From contig SVEH01000004.1 in NCBI GenBank assembly GCA_015057455.1, forward strand, positions 49,916 to 113,915: a stretch of DNA of 64,000 bases, in the 5' to 3' direction. The translations under genes and the position numbers were made by a program. Origin of the DNA: Lachnospiraceae bacterium. Its GTDB lineage: Bacteria > Bacillota > Clostridia > Lachnospirales > Lachnospiraceae. The notes under the pieces are model-generated. The model saw only the letters and a program-made list of their open reading frames with translations, made no database searches and was not told the origin of the DNA. Every line of letters begins with the position of its first letter. Positions within the stretch are counted from its first letter, which is position 1. Positions 10,424 through 22,959 of this stretch are shown here, one piece after another.

Positions 10424-12427
10424 ATGAAGAGTATTAAAAATAAGATAATGGTGTTGTGTTTAGGAATAACAGTTGTTATTTTCGCAATATTAGGTGTTAT
10501 AGCTATGGTTATTACATCTAATAGCATATTAGAAACATTAGAATTAAGTATGACAGAAACAGCTAAAAGTACTGCTTTGTATATGGATACAGAATTGGAA
10601 AAACATAAAACTATTGCAATGGAGACAGGCTATTCAAAAGAGATGACTGATTCATCTGTATCTGTAAAGGAAAAGCAGAAGTTGATGGAAGAAAGAGCAA
10701 AAACTTTCGGATATATTACATGTGATTTAGTTGACTCTAAAGGAAAGAGTTATTTTGGAGCTAAAACAGAATATACAAAATATGATTTCTTTAAGAGAGC
10801 ACTAAAAGGAGAAAACTTTGTATCAGAGCCTTTTGCATATGAAGAAGGTGGTGAGATGATTGTTGTAGTTAGTGCTCCACTTAGAAAAAATGGTAAGGCA
10901 AATGATATATGTGGTGTAGTAATATATGCTCTTAAAGGTTCATGTTTAGCTGATGCTGTAAAAGATATAAAATGTGGACAATCTGGAACAGCATATATGA
11001 TTGACAACAAGGCCAATGTAATTGCTCATACAGATTATGAACTAGTAAAAACAAAATCTAATACAATAGAAGATGCTAAGAAAGATAAATCTTTAGCAGC
11101 AATAGCTGCTATGGAAGAGGAAATGATAAAAGGAAAGTCAGGTTTTGGAAAGTATACATATGGTGGTATAACTAAGTTAATGTCATATACACCTGTAAAA
11201 AACACTGACGGATGGTCTATAGCTGTAACTGTTGGATATGATGAATTTATGAAATCAAGTAGTCAAGCAATGATGTCACTACTTATAATAGAAGCAATTT
11301 TATTTGTTATATGTGTTGTTTTTTCTATGTGGGTGGCAAAGGGTATTGCTAATCCAATAAAGTTATGCGCAGATAGATTAAATAGTTTAGCATATGGTGA
11401 TTTAAATAGTGATATGCCAGCTATAAAAACTAAGGATGAGACAAGTGTACTTGCAGATGCTACTAAAACATTGGTTGATGAACTTAATGGAATAATAGGT
11501 GATGTAGGTTATATGCTTGGTCAGATGAAAGAAGGAAACTTTAATGTGTTTTCTAATACCACAGTAGATTATAATGGAGATTTTAAAACATTATTAAATC
11601 ACATAAATGACATTAGAGATAGCTTGTCTGCAACATTAATGCAGATAAATGAAGCGGCAGATTTAGTCTCTAGTGGTTCAGAACAAGTATCAATGGCATC
11701 ACAATCGTTAGCTCAGGGTGCAACACAACAAGCGGCTTCTATAGCAGAGTTAGATGAGAGGGTAAATGAAATTGATGCAAAAATAAAAGCTAATTTAAAA
11801 AATGCTATAGATGCAAAAACACAAACTGAACATGCAGGCGTAAAAGTACAAAATGCAAATAAACATATGTCAGATATGATTTATGCTATGAATGATATTA
11901 GTGATAAATCTAATGAAATAGCAAAGATTATAAAAACAATAGATGATATAGCATTTCAAACTAATATATTAGCTCTTAATGCAGCTGTTGAGGCGGCAAG
12001 AGCTGGAGCAGCAGGTAAAGGATTTTCAGTAGTTGCAGATGAAGTAAGAAATCTTGCAGGTAAATCTGCAGAAGCAGCAAAGCATACAGCTTTATTAATA
12101 GAACAATCAGTTGAAGCTGTATCTGTTGGTAAGCAAGTTGCTGGTGATACAGAAAAAGCTATTGCATCAGTTGTAGAAGATGCACAAAATGTTGCAAAAC
12201 TTGTAGAAGATATAGTAATTTCATGTAAGGATCAAGAAGAAGAATCAGATATGATTAAGATTGGAACTAATCAAATTGATAATGTAATACAAACTAATTC
12301 AGCTACCTCAGAAGAAAGTGCAGCTGCCTCAGAAGAATTAAATGGACAAGCAGCAATGCTTAAAGAATTAGTAAGTTACTTTAATTTGAAAACTAGCGAG
12401 TATGCTTCAGATGAAATTATTCTATAA
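10424..12427 (+). CDS. Methyl-accepting chemotaxis protein (Cache-like extracytoplasmic domain, HAMP)
   Basis: TM1 ([18 protein letters not shown]), sensor domain of about 250 aa, TM2, HAMP, signalling tip [34 protein letters not shown]. Confidence 0.9.
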   Translation: MKSIKNKIMVLCLGITVVIFAILGVIAMVITSNSILETLELSMTETAKSTALYMDTELEKHKTIAMETGYSKEMTDSSVSVKEKQKLMEERAKTFGYITCDLVDSKGKSYFGAKTEYTKYDFFKRALKGENFVSEPFAYEEGGEMIVVVSAPLRKNGKANDICGVVIYALKGSCLADAVKDIKCGQSGTAYMIDNKANVIAHTDYELVKTKSNTIEDAKKDKSLAAIAAMEEEMIKGKSGFGKYTYGGITKLMSYTPVKNTDGWSIAVTVGYDEFMKSSSQAMMSLLIIEAILFVICVVFSMWVAKGIANPIKLCADRLNSLAYGDLNSDMPAIKTKDETSVLADATKTLVDELNGIIGDVGYMLGQMKEGNFNVFSNTTVDYNGDFKTLLNHINDIRDSLSATLMQINEAADLVSSGSEQVSMASQSLAQGATQQAASIAELDERVNEIDAKIKANLKNAIDAKTQTEHAGVKVQNANKHMSDMIYAMNDISDKSNEIAKIIKTIDDIAFQTNILALNAAVEAARAGAAGKGFSVVADEVRNLAGKSAEAAKHTALLIEQSVEAVSVGKQVAGDTEKAIASVVEDAQNVAKLVEDIVISCKDQEEESDMIKIGTNQIDNVIQTNSATSEESAAASEELNGQAAMLKELVSYFNLKTSEYASDEIIL

Positions 12428-12450
12428 GTGAGTAGGAGTGTGATGAAAAG

Positions 12451-14274
12451 ATGAAAATGAATTTGTTAAAAAAGATGGTTTTTGCATTTTTATTAGTTTC
12501 ATTATTTGCAGGAATTCCATCTGTAGTTGCATTAAACAGATTAAGAGTATTAGATGATTCATATGTAAAAGTGCTACATGAAACTGGATTTGTTCAAGGA
12601 GACCTTGGTAAAGCCATGTGGAATTTTGCATTGGTAGATTCATATGCACACGATATAGTTAGCTTTGAAAATGAAGAAGATATAAAATATGCAATGGACA
12701 TAAGAGATGAACAACTTATTGAATTTAAAGAAAATATGAAAACAATTGAAAAAGTAATAACAGAGGATTTAAAGGCAGACTTTGAGAATGTAACTAAAGA
12801 GGTAGACGAATATCTTAAAGTTGCAGAAGATGTTATTATTTTTGGTACAGAAGAAGTTGACTCAACAGATGTTAATGCATATACCAAAATAGAGAAGAGA
12901 TTAGTAGAAGATCTTGATCCAGCATTTGAAAAAGCACATACGGCTTTAACTATGTTAATGGATAATATGGTTAAAAAAGGAGATGTATCTGTTATTGAAC
13001 TAGAGGAGACAAATTCTAGTACATATTTATTTGTATTAATATTTGCATTAGTTGCAGTAGGTGTATCTATAATATTTGGTGTTCTTTCTGCTAATAACAT
13101 ATCTAATCCAATAAAGAAATGTATTAAAAGGCTTGAAAAGCTTTCAGAAGGTGACTTAAAAACAGAAGTACCAGAGATAAAATCAGGTGATGAAACACAA
13201 GAATTGGCTGAAAGTATAGGAGACTTATTACATAAACTTGGTGGAATTATAGAAGATGAGGATTATGTTTTGGGAAGAATGGCAGATGGAGATTTCTTGG
13301 CTCGTACAAGAAACGATGACGCATATGTAGGAGACTTTAATGGAATCTTACTTTCTATACGAAACATAAGATCAAAATTGGTAGAGAGTTTAACAGAAAT
13401 AGATGATGCAGCGGAGCAAGTAGGAGTTGGTTCTGAACAAGTTGCATCAGGAGCTCAAGAACTTGCTCAAGGAGCAACTGAGCAAGCAAGTGCAGTTGAG
13501 GAATTAACTGTAACAATTGATGGTATTGCTAATGAAGTTAAAGCTAATGCAAAACAAGCAAAAGATATGAGTAAATTAGCTTTAACAACAGAGCAAGAAA
13601 TCGAAGAAGGCAATCGTCAAATGAATGAAATGACTATTGCTATGTCAGAAATAAGTAATACGTCAAATAAAATAGCAAAGATTATAAAAACAATAGATGA
13701 TATAGCATTCCAAACTAATATATTAGCTCTTAATGCGGCAGTAGAAGCAGCAAGAGCAGGTTCAGCAGGAAAGGGATTTGCTGTAGTTGCAGATGAGGTA
13801 AGAAATTTAGCAGGCAAATCAGCAGAAGCAGCTAAGAATACTACAGAATTAATTGAAAGTTCAATAAAGGCTGTCGAGAATGGAACACAGATAGCAGATA
13901 AAACAGCAGCAACATTAAATAATGTAGTTGAGACAGCTCAAAAAACAGCAACAATAGTAAATCAGATGGCTACTTCTTCTGAAGAACAAGCAAAATCAAT
14001 AGAAGAAGTAACAAAGGGAATAGAGCAAATATCAGCAGTAGTTCAGACTAATTCAGCAACTTCTGAGCAAAGTGCAGCAGCATCAGAAGAGTTAAGCTGT
14101 CAAGCTGGCAAAATGAGAGATTTGATTTCTAAATTTAATATAGGAAAAAAATCAAATAGTGTAGCAAAAATGTCATATTCTAAGCCGAAAACAAGTTATA
14201 AGCCATCTAGTCTTGCTGAAGTTAGTGAAATAAGTTTAGATGATTTTGATATGAATTCGCAAAGTAAATATTAA
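12451..14274 (+). CDS. Methyl-accepting chemotaxis protein (helical sensor domain, HAMP)
   Basis: Two TMs flanking a helical region of about 170 aa, HAMP ([17 protein letters not shown]), tip [34 protein letters not shown]. Confidence 0.9.
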   Translation: MKMNLLKKMVFAFLLVSLFAGIPSVVALNRLRVLDDSYVKVLHETGFVQGDLGKAMWNFALVDSYAHDIVSFENEEDIKYAMDIRDEQLIEFKENMKTIEKVITEDLKADFENVTKEVDEYLKVAEDVIIFGTEEVDSTDVNAYTKIEKRLVEDLDPAFEKAHTALTMLMDNMVKKGDVSVIELEETNSSTYLFVLIFALVAVGVSIIFGVLSANNISNPIKKCIKRLEKLSEGDLKTEVPEIKSGDETQELAESIGDLLHKLGGIIEDEDYVLGRMADGDFLARTRNDDAYVGDFNGILLSIRNIRSKLVESLTEIDDAAEQVGVGSEQVASGAQELAQGATEQASAVEELTVTIDGIANEVKANAKQAKDMSKLALTTEQEIEEGNRQMNEMTIAMSEISNTSNKIAKIIKTIDDIAFQTNILALNAAVEAARAGSAGKGFAVVADEVRNLAGKSAEAAKNTTELIESSIKAVENGTQIADKTAATLNNVVETAQKTATIVNQMATSSEEQAKSIEEVTKGIEQISAVVQTNSATSEQSAAASEELSCQAGKMRDLISKFNIGKKSNSVAKMSYSKPKTSYKPSSLAEVSEISLDDFDMNSQSKY

Positions 14275-14320
14275 AAAACAGAAGAATAGATCGTGAGTCT
14301 GTTTTATTAAGGAGGATAAT

Positions 14321-14812
14321 ATGAGAACAGTAGAGGCCAGAATAGAAATTCCTATGGGAAGTCAGAATAAGTATGAAATAGATGAAGTGACAGGAAAAAT
14401 AAAGTTAGATAGAGTTTTATATTCTGCCTCCTTTTATCCTGCTGAATATGGATTTTTCGAAAATACGTTAAGTTTTGATGGAGACCCATTAGATGTATTA
14501 GTATTTACATCTGCAGCAACATTTCCAGGTTGTTATATTAATTGCCGAATAATAGGTGGACTTGATATGATAGATGGTGGATTGGAAGATACCAAGATTA
14601 TAGCTGTAAATGATGGTGATCCACGATATGATAATGTAAATTGCCTAGATGATTTAGCACCACATTATTTGAAAGAAATAGAGAATTTCTTTGCAACATA
14701 TAAGGTGTTGCAAAATCTAAAAACAGAAGTGCTAGGATTCTTTGATGCTGAAAAAGCAGAAGAATATCTAGATGAGGCAAAAAAAAGATATGAGAATGAA
14801 AATATTAATTAA
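14321..14812 (+). CDS. ppa: Inorganic pyrophosphatase, family I
   Basis: 163 aa, KYE..., YPAEYGF, signature DGDPLDVLV. AAGGAGG RBS. Confidence 0.9.
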   Translation: MRTVEARIEIPMGSQNKYEIDEVTGKIKLDRVLYSASFYPAEYGFFENTLSFDGDPLDVLVFTSAATFPGCYINCRIIGGLDMIDGGLEDTKIIAVNDGDPRYDNVNCLDDLAPHYLKEIENFFATYKVLQNLKTEVLGFFDAEKAEEYLDEAKKRYENENIN

Positions 14813-14829
14813 CTAAAAAGATACATATT

Positions 14830-14870
14830 AAAAGCCGATTGATATAAATGAGTCAGTGGGCTTTTATTTT
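14830..14870 (+). terminator. Terminator candidate after ppa
   Basis: aaaagccgattga / tcagtgggctttt imperfect stem followed by attttat. Confidence 0.55.
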
Positions 14871-15096
14871 ATGCCATGAAAAAAGAATTTGGTTTTCTAC
14901 AATTTCAGATTTTCTTCCGTAAACTTAATAATTAATAATGGATAAAAATACAAAATTGTTAGAATTGACTAAAAAAAACGTAAAAATCATAAGGATTTTG
15001 TTAAAAATTTACAATGAAAAAAGTAAATAAAAGGAGTATTATAAAAAAGTGATTTTGTGAAAAAACGGTGAACATATTGAATAGGTTGGTGAATAT

Positions 15097-15408
15097 ATGA
15101 AATCAATTATATCATTAATGACAGATATAGAGAAAGAGGCTGCGGATATAGTTAATACGGCTTCTAATAAAAAAAAGTTTATGTATAAACAATCAGATGA
15201 GAAAATGACCGAAATCGATAAACATTATAAGAATAAATATAAGCAAGACATTGATAAGTTAAATAGTAAGTGTAGTGCTGCATTAAAGAAAGAGATTGAA
15301 AAGGCTGAACAAATTTCTAAGAAGAATATTGAAGAATTAGAGAAAATGTACGAATCTAAGCATGATAAATATATAGATAGCTTATTTAATAAAATAATCA
15401 GGATGTGA
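15097..15408 (+). CDS. V-type ATPase peripheral-stalk small subunit (G/H-like), tentative
   Basis: 103-aa Lys/Glu-rich predicted coiled coil; first gene of the V-ATPase operon. Assignment is by position and composition only. Confidence 0.45.
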   Translation: MKSIISLMTDIEKEAADIVNTASNKKKFMYKQSDEKMTEIDKHYKNKYKQDIDKLNSKCSAALKKEIEKAEQISKKNIEELEKMYESKHDKYIDSLFNKIIRM

Positions 15409-16412
15409 TATATATGAGAGATGATTCAAATCATATAAGTTTAATTACCAAAATAAGAGCCATGGAAGGTAAATTGCTTAAAGATACTGATTATAATAAT
15501 ATGCATAGTATGAATTCTATTCTAGAAATATATGCTTATTTACTTGAAAAAGAAGAATATAGAAAAGTATTCGAGGAATATGAGGATATAGGAGAATTAC
15601 ATCGTAATCAATTAGAGCATTTATTAGTACATACTTTATATGAGGATATAATAAAAATATACAAATTTGCTGCAGGGGATGAGAGGAAATTCCTAGATAT
15701 TATTATATCACGTTTTGAGATAGATACGTTAAAACAGAATATAGCTAAGTTAGGAATAAAGAATAAAACCAATAAGGTAAGTGTATATGAGCATATATTC
15801 AAAAAACATTCAGGAATTAGTATTTCAGAGTTACACAGAGCTAATAATATTAAAGAATTTGCTAAATTAATGAAGGGCACAAAATATCAGAAGCTTTTTG
15901 TGGAGTTGTTGCAAAAAGAGAATATGGCATTATCAGATTATGCAACAGCATTGGATATATATTATTTTACCAGTGTATGGAATACAAAGAGTAAGTTTAA
16001 TCCAGATATTGAAGAAATAATAACTCATATAATAGGTACAGAGATAGATTTATATAATCTTAAGTGTATATTTAGATGCAAGAAGTTTTATGATATGAAA
16101 CCTGATGAGATAGATAATTATATTGTACCTATAACATATAAGATAAAAAAGAAACAATTAGAATCTATGATACAAGCTGAAAGCAAAAAGAGTTTTCTAC
16201 ATATTTTTAAGGAAACATATTATAGCAAATTAGAGTTATCTTTTGATATAAAAACTATGGATGCATCATTTGAAAGAGTTCTTAATGAGATTCATATGCA
16301 TTTTATAAAGAATAATCCTAATTCATTAGCTAGGGTGTATACATATTTTGATAAGAAAAACTATGAAATTCATTTTACAACTAGAATTATAGAAAATATT
16401 AGATACAAATAA
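15405..16412 (+). CDS. V-type ATPase subunit C (eukaryotic d-like)
   Basis: 335-aa helical protein between the stalk and I subunits; size and position are typical of prokaryotic subunit C. Start is GTG 15405 or ATG 15414. Confidence 0.6.
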   Translation: MIYMRDDSNHISLITKIRAMEGKLLKDTDYNNMHSMNSILEIYAYLLEKEEYRKVFEEYEDIGELHRNQLEHLLVHTLYEDIIKIYKFAAGDERKFLDIIISRFEIDTLKQNIAKLGIKNKTNKVSVYEHIFKKHSGISISELHRANNIKEFAKLMKGTKYQKLFVELLQKENMALSDYATALDIYYFTSVWNTKSKFNPDIEEIITHIIGTEIDLYNLKCIFRCKKFYDMKPDEIDNYIVPITYKIKKKQLESMIQAESKKSFLHIFKETYYSKLELSFDIKTMDASFERVLNEIHMHFIKNNPNSLARVYTYFDKKNYEIHFTTRIIENIRYK

Positions 16413-16440
16413 CTAGAAAGATAGAGAGGTGACATGAATT

Positions 16441-18363
16441 ATGGTAGAAAAAATGCGCTTTGTCAGTGTTATTGGTCCCAAAGATGACATTGATAGAGTA
16501 ACGGAAGAATATATTTCTAAGTATGAAATTCATTTAGAGAATACTTTAACGGAATTAAGTTCTTTAGATAATATACATCCATTTTTAGAGTCTAATCCAT
16601 ATAGTCAGCTTCAGAAAAATATAAATCAATTAAAAGATTATATAAAAGAGGTTGATGATGATACAAAGTTAAAGGATATGACTGCTACAGAAGCATCAGC
16701 AACAATTATTAAGGCATATGAAGAATATGACAATTTTAATAAAAAAGTAGAGTCATTAAGACAGAAGAAGAGAGAAATAAATGAGCATAAGAATCTAGTA
16801 GCTCCATTTATTAATCTGGATTTTGAGTTGTCTGATATTTTAAAATATAAGTTTATTAGATTTAGATTTGGTAAGATGACACATGATCATTATTCTCAAT
16901 TTATGAAATATGAATACGATAAGCTTAATGTTATCTTTATGGAAAGTAACATAGATGAAGAGTATGTGTGGGGAATATATTTTACCCCAATATTTTATAG
17001 GGATAAAGTTGATGCAATTTTTTCATCCCTTCATTTTGAGAGAATTATTATTCCAGAGGATTATGAAGGAACAGCTAAGAATTCATATGATAAATATGAA
17101 GAAGAATTGAAGAGTATAGATTTAGAAATTGAATCTAAACGTTTAGAAACATTGGATTATTTTGAAAAGAATAAAATTAATATAGCTAGTGCAATTAAAG
17201 TTGTCGACTGCTATTCTAAGAATCAAGATGTTAGAAAAATGGCAGCTTGTACAATTGATACAAGTAGAGTTTTTCAGAATGAAGGACATAATACATATTA
17301 TATTATTTGTGGCTGGTTATCGGATAGAGATGCTGTATTATTTCATGCAGAACTAGATAAAGATCCCAATGTATTTTGTTTAGTTGAGGAAGCAGATAAT
17401 CTGCATATTAAACCACCAACGAAGTTAAAGAATTTTGCCCTATTTAAGCCGTTCCAAATGTATGTTGAGATGTATGGATTGCCAACATATAATGAGTCAG
17501 ATCCAACAGCGTTCTTAGCCATAACATATTCAATATTATTTGGTCTTATGTTTGGAGATGTTGGACAAGGTTTGATTTTAATGATAGCTGGATTTTTATT
17601 GTATATGACAAAGAAGATAAATTTAGCAGGAATATTAGGGCTATGCGGTGTATTTTCGACTATATTTGGCTTTGTTTATGGAAGTATATTTGGATTTGAA
17701 GATAAGATAAAACCATTATGGGTAAGTCCAATGCACAATGTTATGACAGTTTTATTAGCTACAGTGGCATTTGGTATAGTACTTAACTTATGTGCTATGG
17801 TCTTGAATATGATTAATGGAATAAAGCATAAGGATATAGAAACTATATTTTTCGATACCAATGGTGTAGCAGGATTTGTATTTTACATTATGGTTGTATT
17901 CTGTGTATTTAAAGTACTTTTAGGAGAACCGTTACCTGCAACATGGGTGCTTGGTTTATGTTTGGGGATTCCTTTAATAGTAATATATGTGAAGGAACCA
18001 TTAGCTAATATAATTAATAAAAAGGAACATATTATAGAAGGTTCTGTTGGAATGTATTTTGTAGAATCATTCTTTGAATTATTTGAAGTATTACTAAGTT
18101 TTTTAACTAATACATTATCATTTGTTCGTGTTGGAGCATTTGCTCTTAGTCATGCTGGTCTTATGAGTGTTGTACTTATGTTAGCAGGCGCAGAGAGTGG
18201 TGAACCTAATATGCTAGTTATAGTATTAGGTAATGCATTTGTTATGGGATTAGAAGGTTTGACAGTATCAATTCAAGTACTTAGATTACAGTATTATGAG
18301 ATGTTTAGCCGTTATTATGATGGTGGCGGAAAACCATTCAAATCATTTATAGCTAGAAATTAA
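16441..18363 (+). CDS. ntpI: V-type ATPase subunit I (a-like, membrane stator)
   Basis: Soluble N-terminal half of about 330 aa followed by about 7 TMs, with the conserved Arg region LSFVRVGAFALSHAGL. Confidence 0.85.
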   Translation: MVEKMRFVSVIGPKDDIDRVTEEYISKYEIHLENTLTELSSLDNIHPFLESNPYSQLQKNINQLKDYIKEVDDDTKLKDMTATEASATIIKAYEEYDNFNKKVESLRQKKREINEHKNLVAPFINLDFELSDILKYKFIRFRFGKMTHDHYSQFMKYEYDKLNVIFMESNIDEEYVWGIYFTPIFYRDKVDAIFSSLHFERIIIPEDYEGTAKNSYDKYEEELKSIDLEIESKRLETLDYFEKNKINIASAIKVVDCYSKNQDVRKMAACTIDTSRVFQNEGHNTYYIICGWLSDRDAVLFHAELDKDPNVFCLVEEADNLHIKPPTKLKNFALFKPFQMYVEMYGLPTYNESDPTAFLAITYSILFGLMFGDVGQGLILMIAGFLLYMTKKINLAGILGLCGVFSTIFGFVYGSIFGFEDKIKPLWVSPMHNVMTVLLATVAFGIVLNLCAMVLNMINGIKHKDIETIFFDTNGVAGFVFYIMVVFCVFKVLLGEPLPATWVLGLCLGIPLIVIYVKEPLANIINKKEHIIEGSVGMYFVESFFELFEVLLSFLTNTLSFVRVGAFALSHAGLMSVVLMLAGAESGEPNMLVIVLGNAFVMGLEGLTVSIQVLRLQYYEMFSRYYDGGGKPFKSFIARN

Positions 18364-18442
18364 CAAGATTAAGATAGAAGTAATTTATAGTTACAATGAA
18401 TATTAAAAATATATTAGAAAACGAAAAGAGAGGTAATTAATT

Positions 18443-18874
18443 ATGTTTATCAAAATAGCTTTAATCGCAATTTTACTTATGAGTATTGTAGTTCCATTTG
18501 GAGGATTTTTATTATCAAAGAGAAATGAAAACTCTTTTAAAATTTCATTAGCAACAAATTTATTTTTATTTGTAGTTACATTAATAGCAGCCAATATAGT
18601 TATGTTTAATAGTGATATAGCACTTGCAGGAACAAAAGCTGTTGCTGAGTCAGGAGCAGGAATTGCTGAAGGATTAAAGTATTTATCAGCAGCTTTATGT
18701 ACAGGTATTGCAACAGTAGGTACAGGTATAGCAGTTTCCCATGCAGCTTCAGCAGCACTTGGTGCAATTAGTGAAGATTCAAGTGTTATGGGTAAGGCAC
18801 TTATATTTGTTGCCCTTGCAGAAGGTATAGCAATTTATGGATTATTGATCTCATTTATGATTCTTAATGCATAG
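18443..18874 (+). CDS. ntpK: V-type ATPase proteolipid subunit K (c-ring)
   Basis: 4 predicted TMs, Gly/Ala-rich GIATVGTGIAV, ion-binding carboxylate in FVALAEGIAIYGL. Confidence 0.8.
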   Translation: MFIKIALIAILLMSIVVPFGGFLLSKRNENSFKISLATNLFLFVVTLIAANIVMFNSDIALAGTKAVAESGAGIAEGLKYLSAALCTGIATVGTGIAVSHAASAALGAISEDSSVMGKALIFVALAEGIAIYGLLISFMILNA

Positions 18875-18885
18875 GAGAGACTATT

Positions 18886-19194
18886 ATGAAGATGTATTTG
18901 ATTAGTGATAATACTGATACATGTATTGGAATGAAATTAGCAGGTGTGAATGGAGTGGTTGCCCACTCTTATTCACACGTTAAAGAAGAATTACAGAAAG
19001 CTTTAGAAGATAAAAGCATAGGTATTATATTAATAACAGAAAAATTATCAAGGGATTATCCTGATTTGATAAATGACATAAAACTAAATAGACTTATGCC
19101 ACTTATTATTGAGATACCAGATAGACATGGTACAGGTCGTTCACCTGAGTTTATAACTTCATATATAAAAGAAGCTATTGGATTAAAATTATAA
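18886..19194 (+). CDS. V-type ATPase subunit F
   Basis: 102 aa, pattern (GMKLAGV..., GIILITE) typical of the small F subunit. Operon position. Confidence 0.65.
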   Translation: MKMYLISDNTDTCIGMKLAGVNGVVAHSYSHVKEELQKALEDKSIGIILITEKLSRDYPDLINDIKLNRLMPLIIEIPDRHGTGRSPEFITSYIKEAIGLKL

Positions 19195-19220
19195 TAGTTA
19201 TAGAAGGGATGAAGTAAGCT

Positions 19221-19787
19221 ATGACAATAGAAGAAAAGCTTGAGAATTTTAAAGCAAGTGCACTAAAAGATGCTAAGATGCAAAGTAGTGTAATTATTAA
19301 GAATAGTGAAGATAATATTCGTACTAAATTAGAAGAATATGAATTAAGAGCTAAAGAAGATTATGAGAATAAAGTAAGACTAGAATCAAGTATGATTATT
19401 AGTAAGAATAATCAAGATATTACAAAGGAATCTTTGATAATAAAGCAAAAGGTTGAAAAGAGAAGATTAGAATTAATAAATAATCTGTTTAAAGATTTAG
19501 AGAAGAAATTAAAAGAATTTAAGAAAAGTTCAGAATATGAGGATTTGCTAATAGCTCAAATTGAACAAGTAAAGAGTTATGCTAAAGAAGCAGATTTTAT
19601 TATATATATAGATAAAACAGATAGAGATTTGATGGATAAGATTGCTAATGCTTCTGGAGCAAAAGTAGAAATAAACAAGAACAATATAATTGGCGGTATT
19701 AAGGCAGTTATAGAAGAAAAGAATATTTTATTAGATTATTCATTTGCAGATAAATTGCACGAAGAAAAATTAAACTTTAGTTTTTAA
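19221..19787 (+). CDS. V-type ATPase subunit E (peripheral stalk)
   Basis: 188 aa: long charged N-terminal helix plus a globular C-terminus (GGIKAVIEE...DYSF). Immediately upstream of A. Confidence 0.6.
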   Translation: MTIEEKLENFKASALKDAKMQSSVIIKNSEDNIRTKLEEYELRAKEDYENKVRLESSMIISKNNQDITKESLIIKQKVEKRRLELINNLFKDLEKKLKEFKKSSEYEDLLIAQIEQVKSYAKEADFIIYIDKTDRDLMDKIANASGAKVEINKNNIIGGIKAVIEEKNILLDYSFADKLHEEKLNFSF

Positions 19788-19802
19788 AGGAGGCCGTTTG
19801 TA

Positions 19803-21569
19803 GTGGCTAATATAGGAAACATATATGGAATAAATGGTCCAGTTGTATATGTAAAAGATAATATCGGTTTAAAGATTGCAGAGATGGTATATGTTGGTGA
19901 AGATAGACTTATAGGAGAAGTAATAAGTTTAGATAGAAATAGAACAACTATACAGGTATATGAGGAAACTTCAGGTTTAAAACCAGGAGATAAAGTAGAA
20001 GGTAGTGGTGGTCCAATATCAGTAACATTAGCTCCTGGAATAATGAAGAATATATTTGATGGAATAGAAAGACCTCTTGAAGAAATAGCTAAGGATTCAG
20101 GAGCATATATTAAAAGAGGTTTTAAGTTAGATTCATTAGATAGAGAAAAATTATGGGATGTAACTATAACAGTAAAAGAAGGTGATTATATAACAGGTGG
20201 AACAATTATAGCAACAACACCTGAATCATCATCTATAATTCATAAATCCATGGTACCACCAGGTATGGAGGGAAAGGTTACTAAAGTTCAAAAGGATGGA
20301 AAATATACAATAGATGACACGATAGTAACAATTGAAGATGAGGATGGTAATATAGAAGAACTTTCTCTTACACAAAAATGGCCTATACGAGTACCTAGAC
20401 CAACGAAAGGTAGAACAACTACAACAATACCTTTAGTAACTGGACAAAGAGTAATAGATACATTATTCCCAATTGCAAAGGGTGGAACAGCAGCTGTTCC
20501 AGGTGGTTTTGGTACAGGTAAAACTATGACACAGCATCAGTTAGCAAAATGGAGTGATGCAGATATTATAGTTTATATTGGATGTGGTGAACGTGGTAAT
20601 GAGATGACAGAGGTTTTAGAAGATTTTTCTAAGTTAGTTGATCCAAAGTCAGGTAATCCACTATTAGATAGAACAATTCTTATAGCTAATACATCTAATA
20701 TGCCAGTAGCAGCTAGAGAGGCAAGTATATATACAGGAATTACATTGGCAGAATATTATCGTGATATGGGATATCATGTTGCTATAATGGCAGATTCAAC
20801 ATCTAGATGGGCAGAAGCTTTAAGAGAATTATCAGGAAGATTAGAAGAAATGCCAGCAGAAGAAGGTTTTCCACCATATTTGGCTTCAAGACTTGCAGCC
20901 TTTTATGAGAGAGCAGGTTACATTGAGAATTTGAATGGTACTGAAGGAAGTATATCAATTATTGGTGCAGTTTCTCCACAAGGAGGAGATTTTTCAGAAC
21001 CAGTAACTCAACATACAAAGAATTTTGTTAGATGCTTTTGGGCATTAGATAAATCTTTGGCTTATGCTAGACACTTTCCAGCTATTCAGTGGTTAAATAG
21101 TTATAGTGAATATGTTATGGATTTAGCACCTTGGTTTTCTAGAAATGTAAGTCCAGATTTTGTTGGTTATCGTAATAGAATTCTAGCAATACTTACAGAA
21201 GAAAGTCAGTTAATGGAGATAGTAAAACTTATAGGTAGTGATATATTGCCAGATGATCAGAAACTTACATTAGAAATAGCAAGAGTAATTCGTTTGGGAT
21301 TTGTACAACAGAATGCATATCACCCATCAGATACATATGTGCCATTAGAGAAACAATTAAAGATGATGGAAATCATACTTTATTTACAAGATAAGGCAAG
21401 TAAGCTTATATCTATGAATATGCCAATGCGATTATTAAGAGAAGATAATATATTTGAAAAGATTATATCAATTAAATATGATGTTGCAAACGATGAAATT
21501 GACCGTATAGACTCATATAAGAAAGAAATTGATGCTTTTTATGACAGGATAATTGCATTGAATGCATAA
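19803..21569 (+). CDS. ntpA: V-type ATPase catalytic subunit A
   Basis: P-loop [31 protein letters not shown], non-homologous insert typical of A subunits. GTG start after AGGAGG. Confidence 0.95.
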   Translation: MANIGNIYGINGPVVYVKDNIGLKIAEMVYVGEDRLIGEVISLDRNRTTIQVYEETSGLKPGDKVEGSGGPISVTLAPGIMKNIFDGIERPLEEIAKDSGAYIKRGFKLDSLDREKLWDVTITVKEGDYITGGTIIATTPESSSIIHKSMVPPGMEGKVTKVQKDGKYTIDDTIVTIEDEDGNIEELSLTQKWPIRVPRPTKGRTTTTIPLVTGQRVIDTLFPIAKGGTAAVPGGFGTGKTMTQHQLAKWSDADIIVYIGCGERGNEMTEVLEDFSKLVDPKSGNPLLDRTILIANTSNMPVAAREASIYTGITLAEYYRDMGYHVAIMADSTSRWAEALRELSGRLEEMPAEEGFPPYLASRLAAFYERAGYIENLNGTEGSISIIGAVSPQGGDFSEPVTQHTKNFVRCFWALDKSLAYARHFPAIQWLNSYSEYVMDLAPWFSRNVSPDFVGYRNRILAILTEESQLMEIVKLIGSDILPDDQKLTLEIARVIRLGFVQQNAYHPSDTYVPLEKQLKMMEIILYLQDKASKLISMNMPMRLLREDNIFEKIISIKYDVANDEIDRIDSYKKEIDAFYDRIIALNA

Positions 21570-21585
21570 AATTTTGGAGGTAAAG

Positions 21586-22959
21586 ATGTCATTAGAGTAT
21601 ATAGGATTAAGTGCAATTAACGGACCTTTAGTTGTATTAGAGGGCGTTGAGGATGCAGCTTATGATGAAATAGTTAAGATTAATATAGATGATAAAGAAG
21701 AAAAATTAGGACGTATAGTTGAAATATATGAAGATAAAGCTGTAATTCAGGTGTTTCAAGGATCAGATAATATGTCATTGAATAATACAAGGGTTAAGCT
21801 TACAGGTAGACCAATGGAGATTTCTTTATCTGAAGATATGTTAGGTAGAAGATTTAATGGAATTGGTAATCCAGTTGATGGATTGGGACCAATTAAGTCA
21901 GAAGTTAGAAGAAATATTAACGGTCAACCATTAAATCCATGTAGCAGAAAATACCCACGTAATTTTATACAGACAGGTATTTCTGCCATAGATGCACTAA
22001 CTACACTTATTAGAGGACAGAAATTACCGATTTTCTCAGGTAATGGTCTTCCACATGACCAATTAGCAGCTCAAATAGTAAAACAAGCATCATTAGGGGC
22101 AGATTCAGATGAAGAATTTGCAATTGTTTTTGGTGCAATGGGATTAAAATATGATGTTGCAGAATATTTTAGAAAAACATTTGAAGAAAGTGGAGCAAGT
22201 GACCATGTTGTTATGTTTACTAATTTAGCCAATGACCCTGTATTAGAGAGACTTATAACACCTAAGGTTGCTCTTACAACGGCAGAATATTTGGCATTTG
22301 AAAAAGGAATGCATATTCTTGTTGTACTTACTGATATGACATCATATGCGGAAGCTATGAGAGAAGTTTCATCTAATAAAGGTGAAATACCAAGTAGAAA
22401 AGGATACCCAGGATATTTATATAGTGAACTTGCAACAATTTATGAGAGAGCAGGAATAGTAAAAGATTCAAAGGGGTCTATAACACAGATACCTATTTTG
22501 ACTATGCCAAATGATTATATTACACATCCTATTCCTGACCTTACAGGATATATAACAGAAGGGCAAATAGTTCTTGAGAGAAGTTTGCATCAAAAGTCAG
22601 TATATCCACCAATTAGTATATTACCATCATTATCTCGTTTAATGAAGGATGGTATAGGTAAGGGATATACAAGGGAAGATCATCAGGATTTGGCCAATCA
22701 GATATTTTCATGTTATTCACATGTTGCAGAGGCAAGATCACTTGCAAGTGTTATAGGTGAAGATGAATTATCACCTACAGATAAGAAATATCTTGAATTT
22801 GGTAAGGCATTTGAAAATCAATTTTTGTCTCAGGGAATGGGTGAAAATAGAACAATACAAGATACCTTAGAACTAGGATGGAAGATATTAAAGATTCTTC
22901 CTAGGGAAGAACTTGATAGAATAGATACGAAGATTCTTGATAAATATTATCCTGAATAG
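21586..22959 (+). CDS. ntpB: V-type ATPase subunit B
   Basis: Strong A/B-family features ([52 protein letters not shown]). GGAGG then ATG 21586. Confidence 0.95.
   Translation: MSLEYIGLSAINGPLVVLEGVEDAAYDEIVKINIDDKEEKLGRIVEIYEDKAVIQVFQGSDNMSLNNTRVKLTGRPMEISLSEDMLGRRFNGIGNPVDGLGPIKSEVRRNINGQPLNPCSRKYPRNFIQTGISAIDALTTLIRGQKLPIFSGNGLPHDQLAAQIVKQASLGADSDEEFAIVFGAMGLKYDVAEYFRKTFEESGASDHVVMFTNLANDPVLERLITPKVALTTAEYLAFEKGMHILVVLTDMTSYAEAMREVSSNKGEIPSRKGYPGYLYSELATIYERAGIVKDSKGSITQIPILTMPNDYITHPIPDLTGYITEGQIVLERSLHQKSVYPPISILPSLSRLMKDGIGKGYTREDHQDLANQIFSCYSHVAEARSLASVIGEDELSPTDKKYLEFGKAFENQFLSQGMGENRTIQDTLELGWKILKILPREELDRIDTKILDKYYPE

Noticed and set aside
12594-13100. Antisense ORFs inside well-supported genes. 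These are 7330-7539, 7904-8185, 9419-9694, 10148-10354, 10324-10527, 10750-11016, 12422-12649, 12594-13100, 13617-13817, 14598-14780, 15608-15880, 17676-17861, 18403-18594, 24454-24714, 32308-32490, 32965-33171, 33302-33583, 33510-33725, 36984-37418, 39157-39363, 40449-40631, 42156-42350, 47763-48047, 48402-48641, 50640-50885, 53905-54087, 54559-54795, 60442-60624 and 62767-62976.
   Set aside because: All lie opposite strongly motif-supported genes (or in AT-rich intergenic DNA). They lack SD sequences and translate to Ser/Ile/Leu/Phe-rich low-complexity strings, as expected from the antisense of AT-rich coding DNA.
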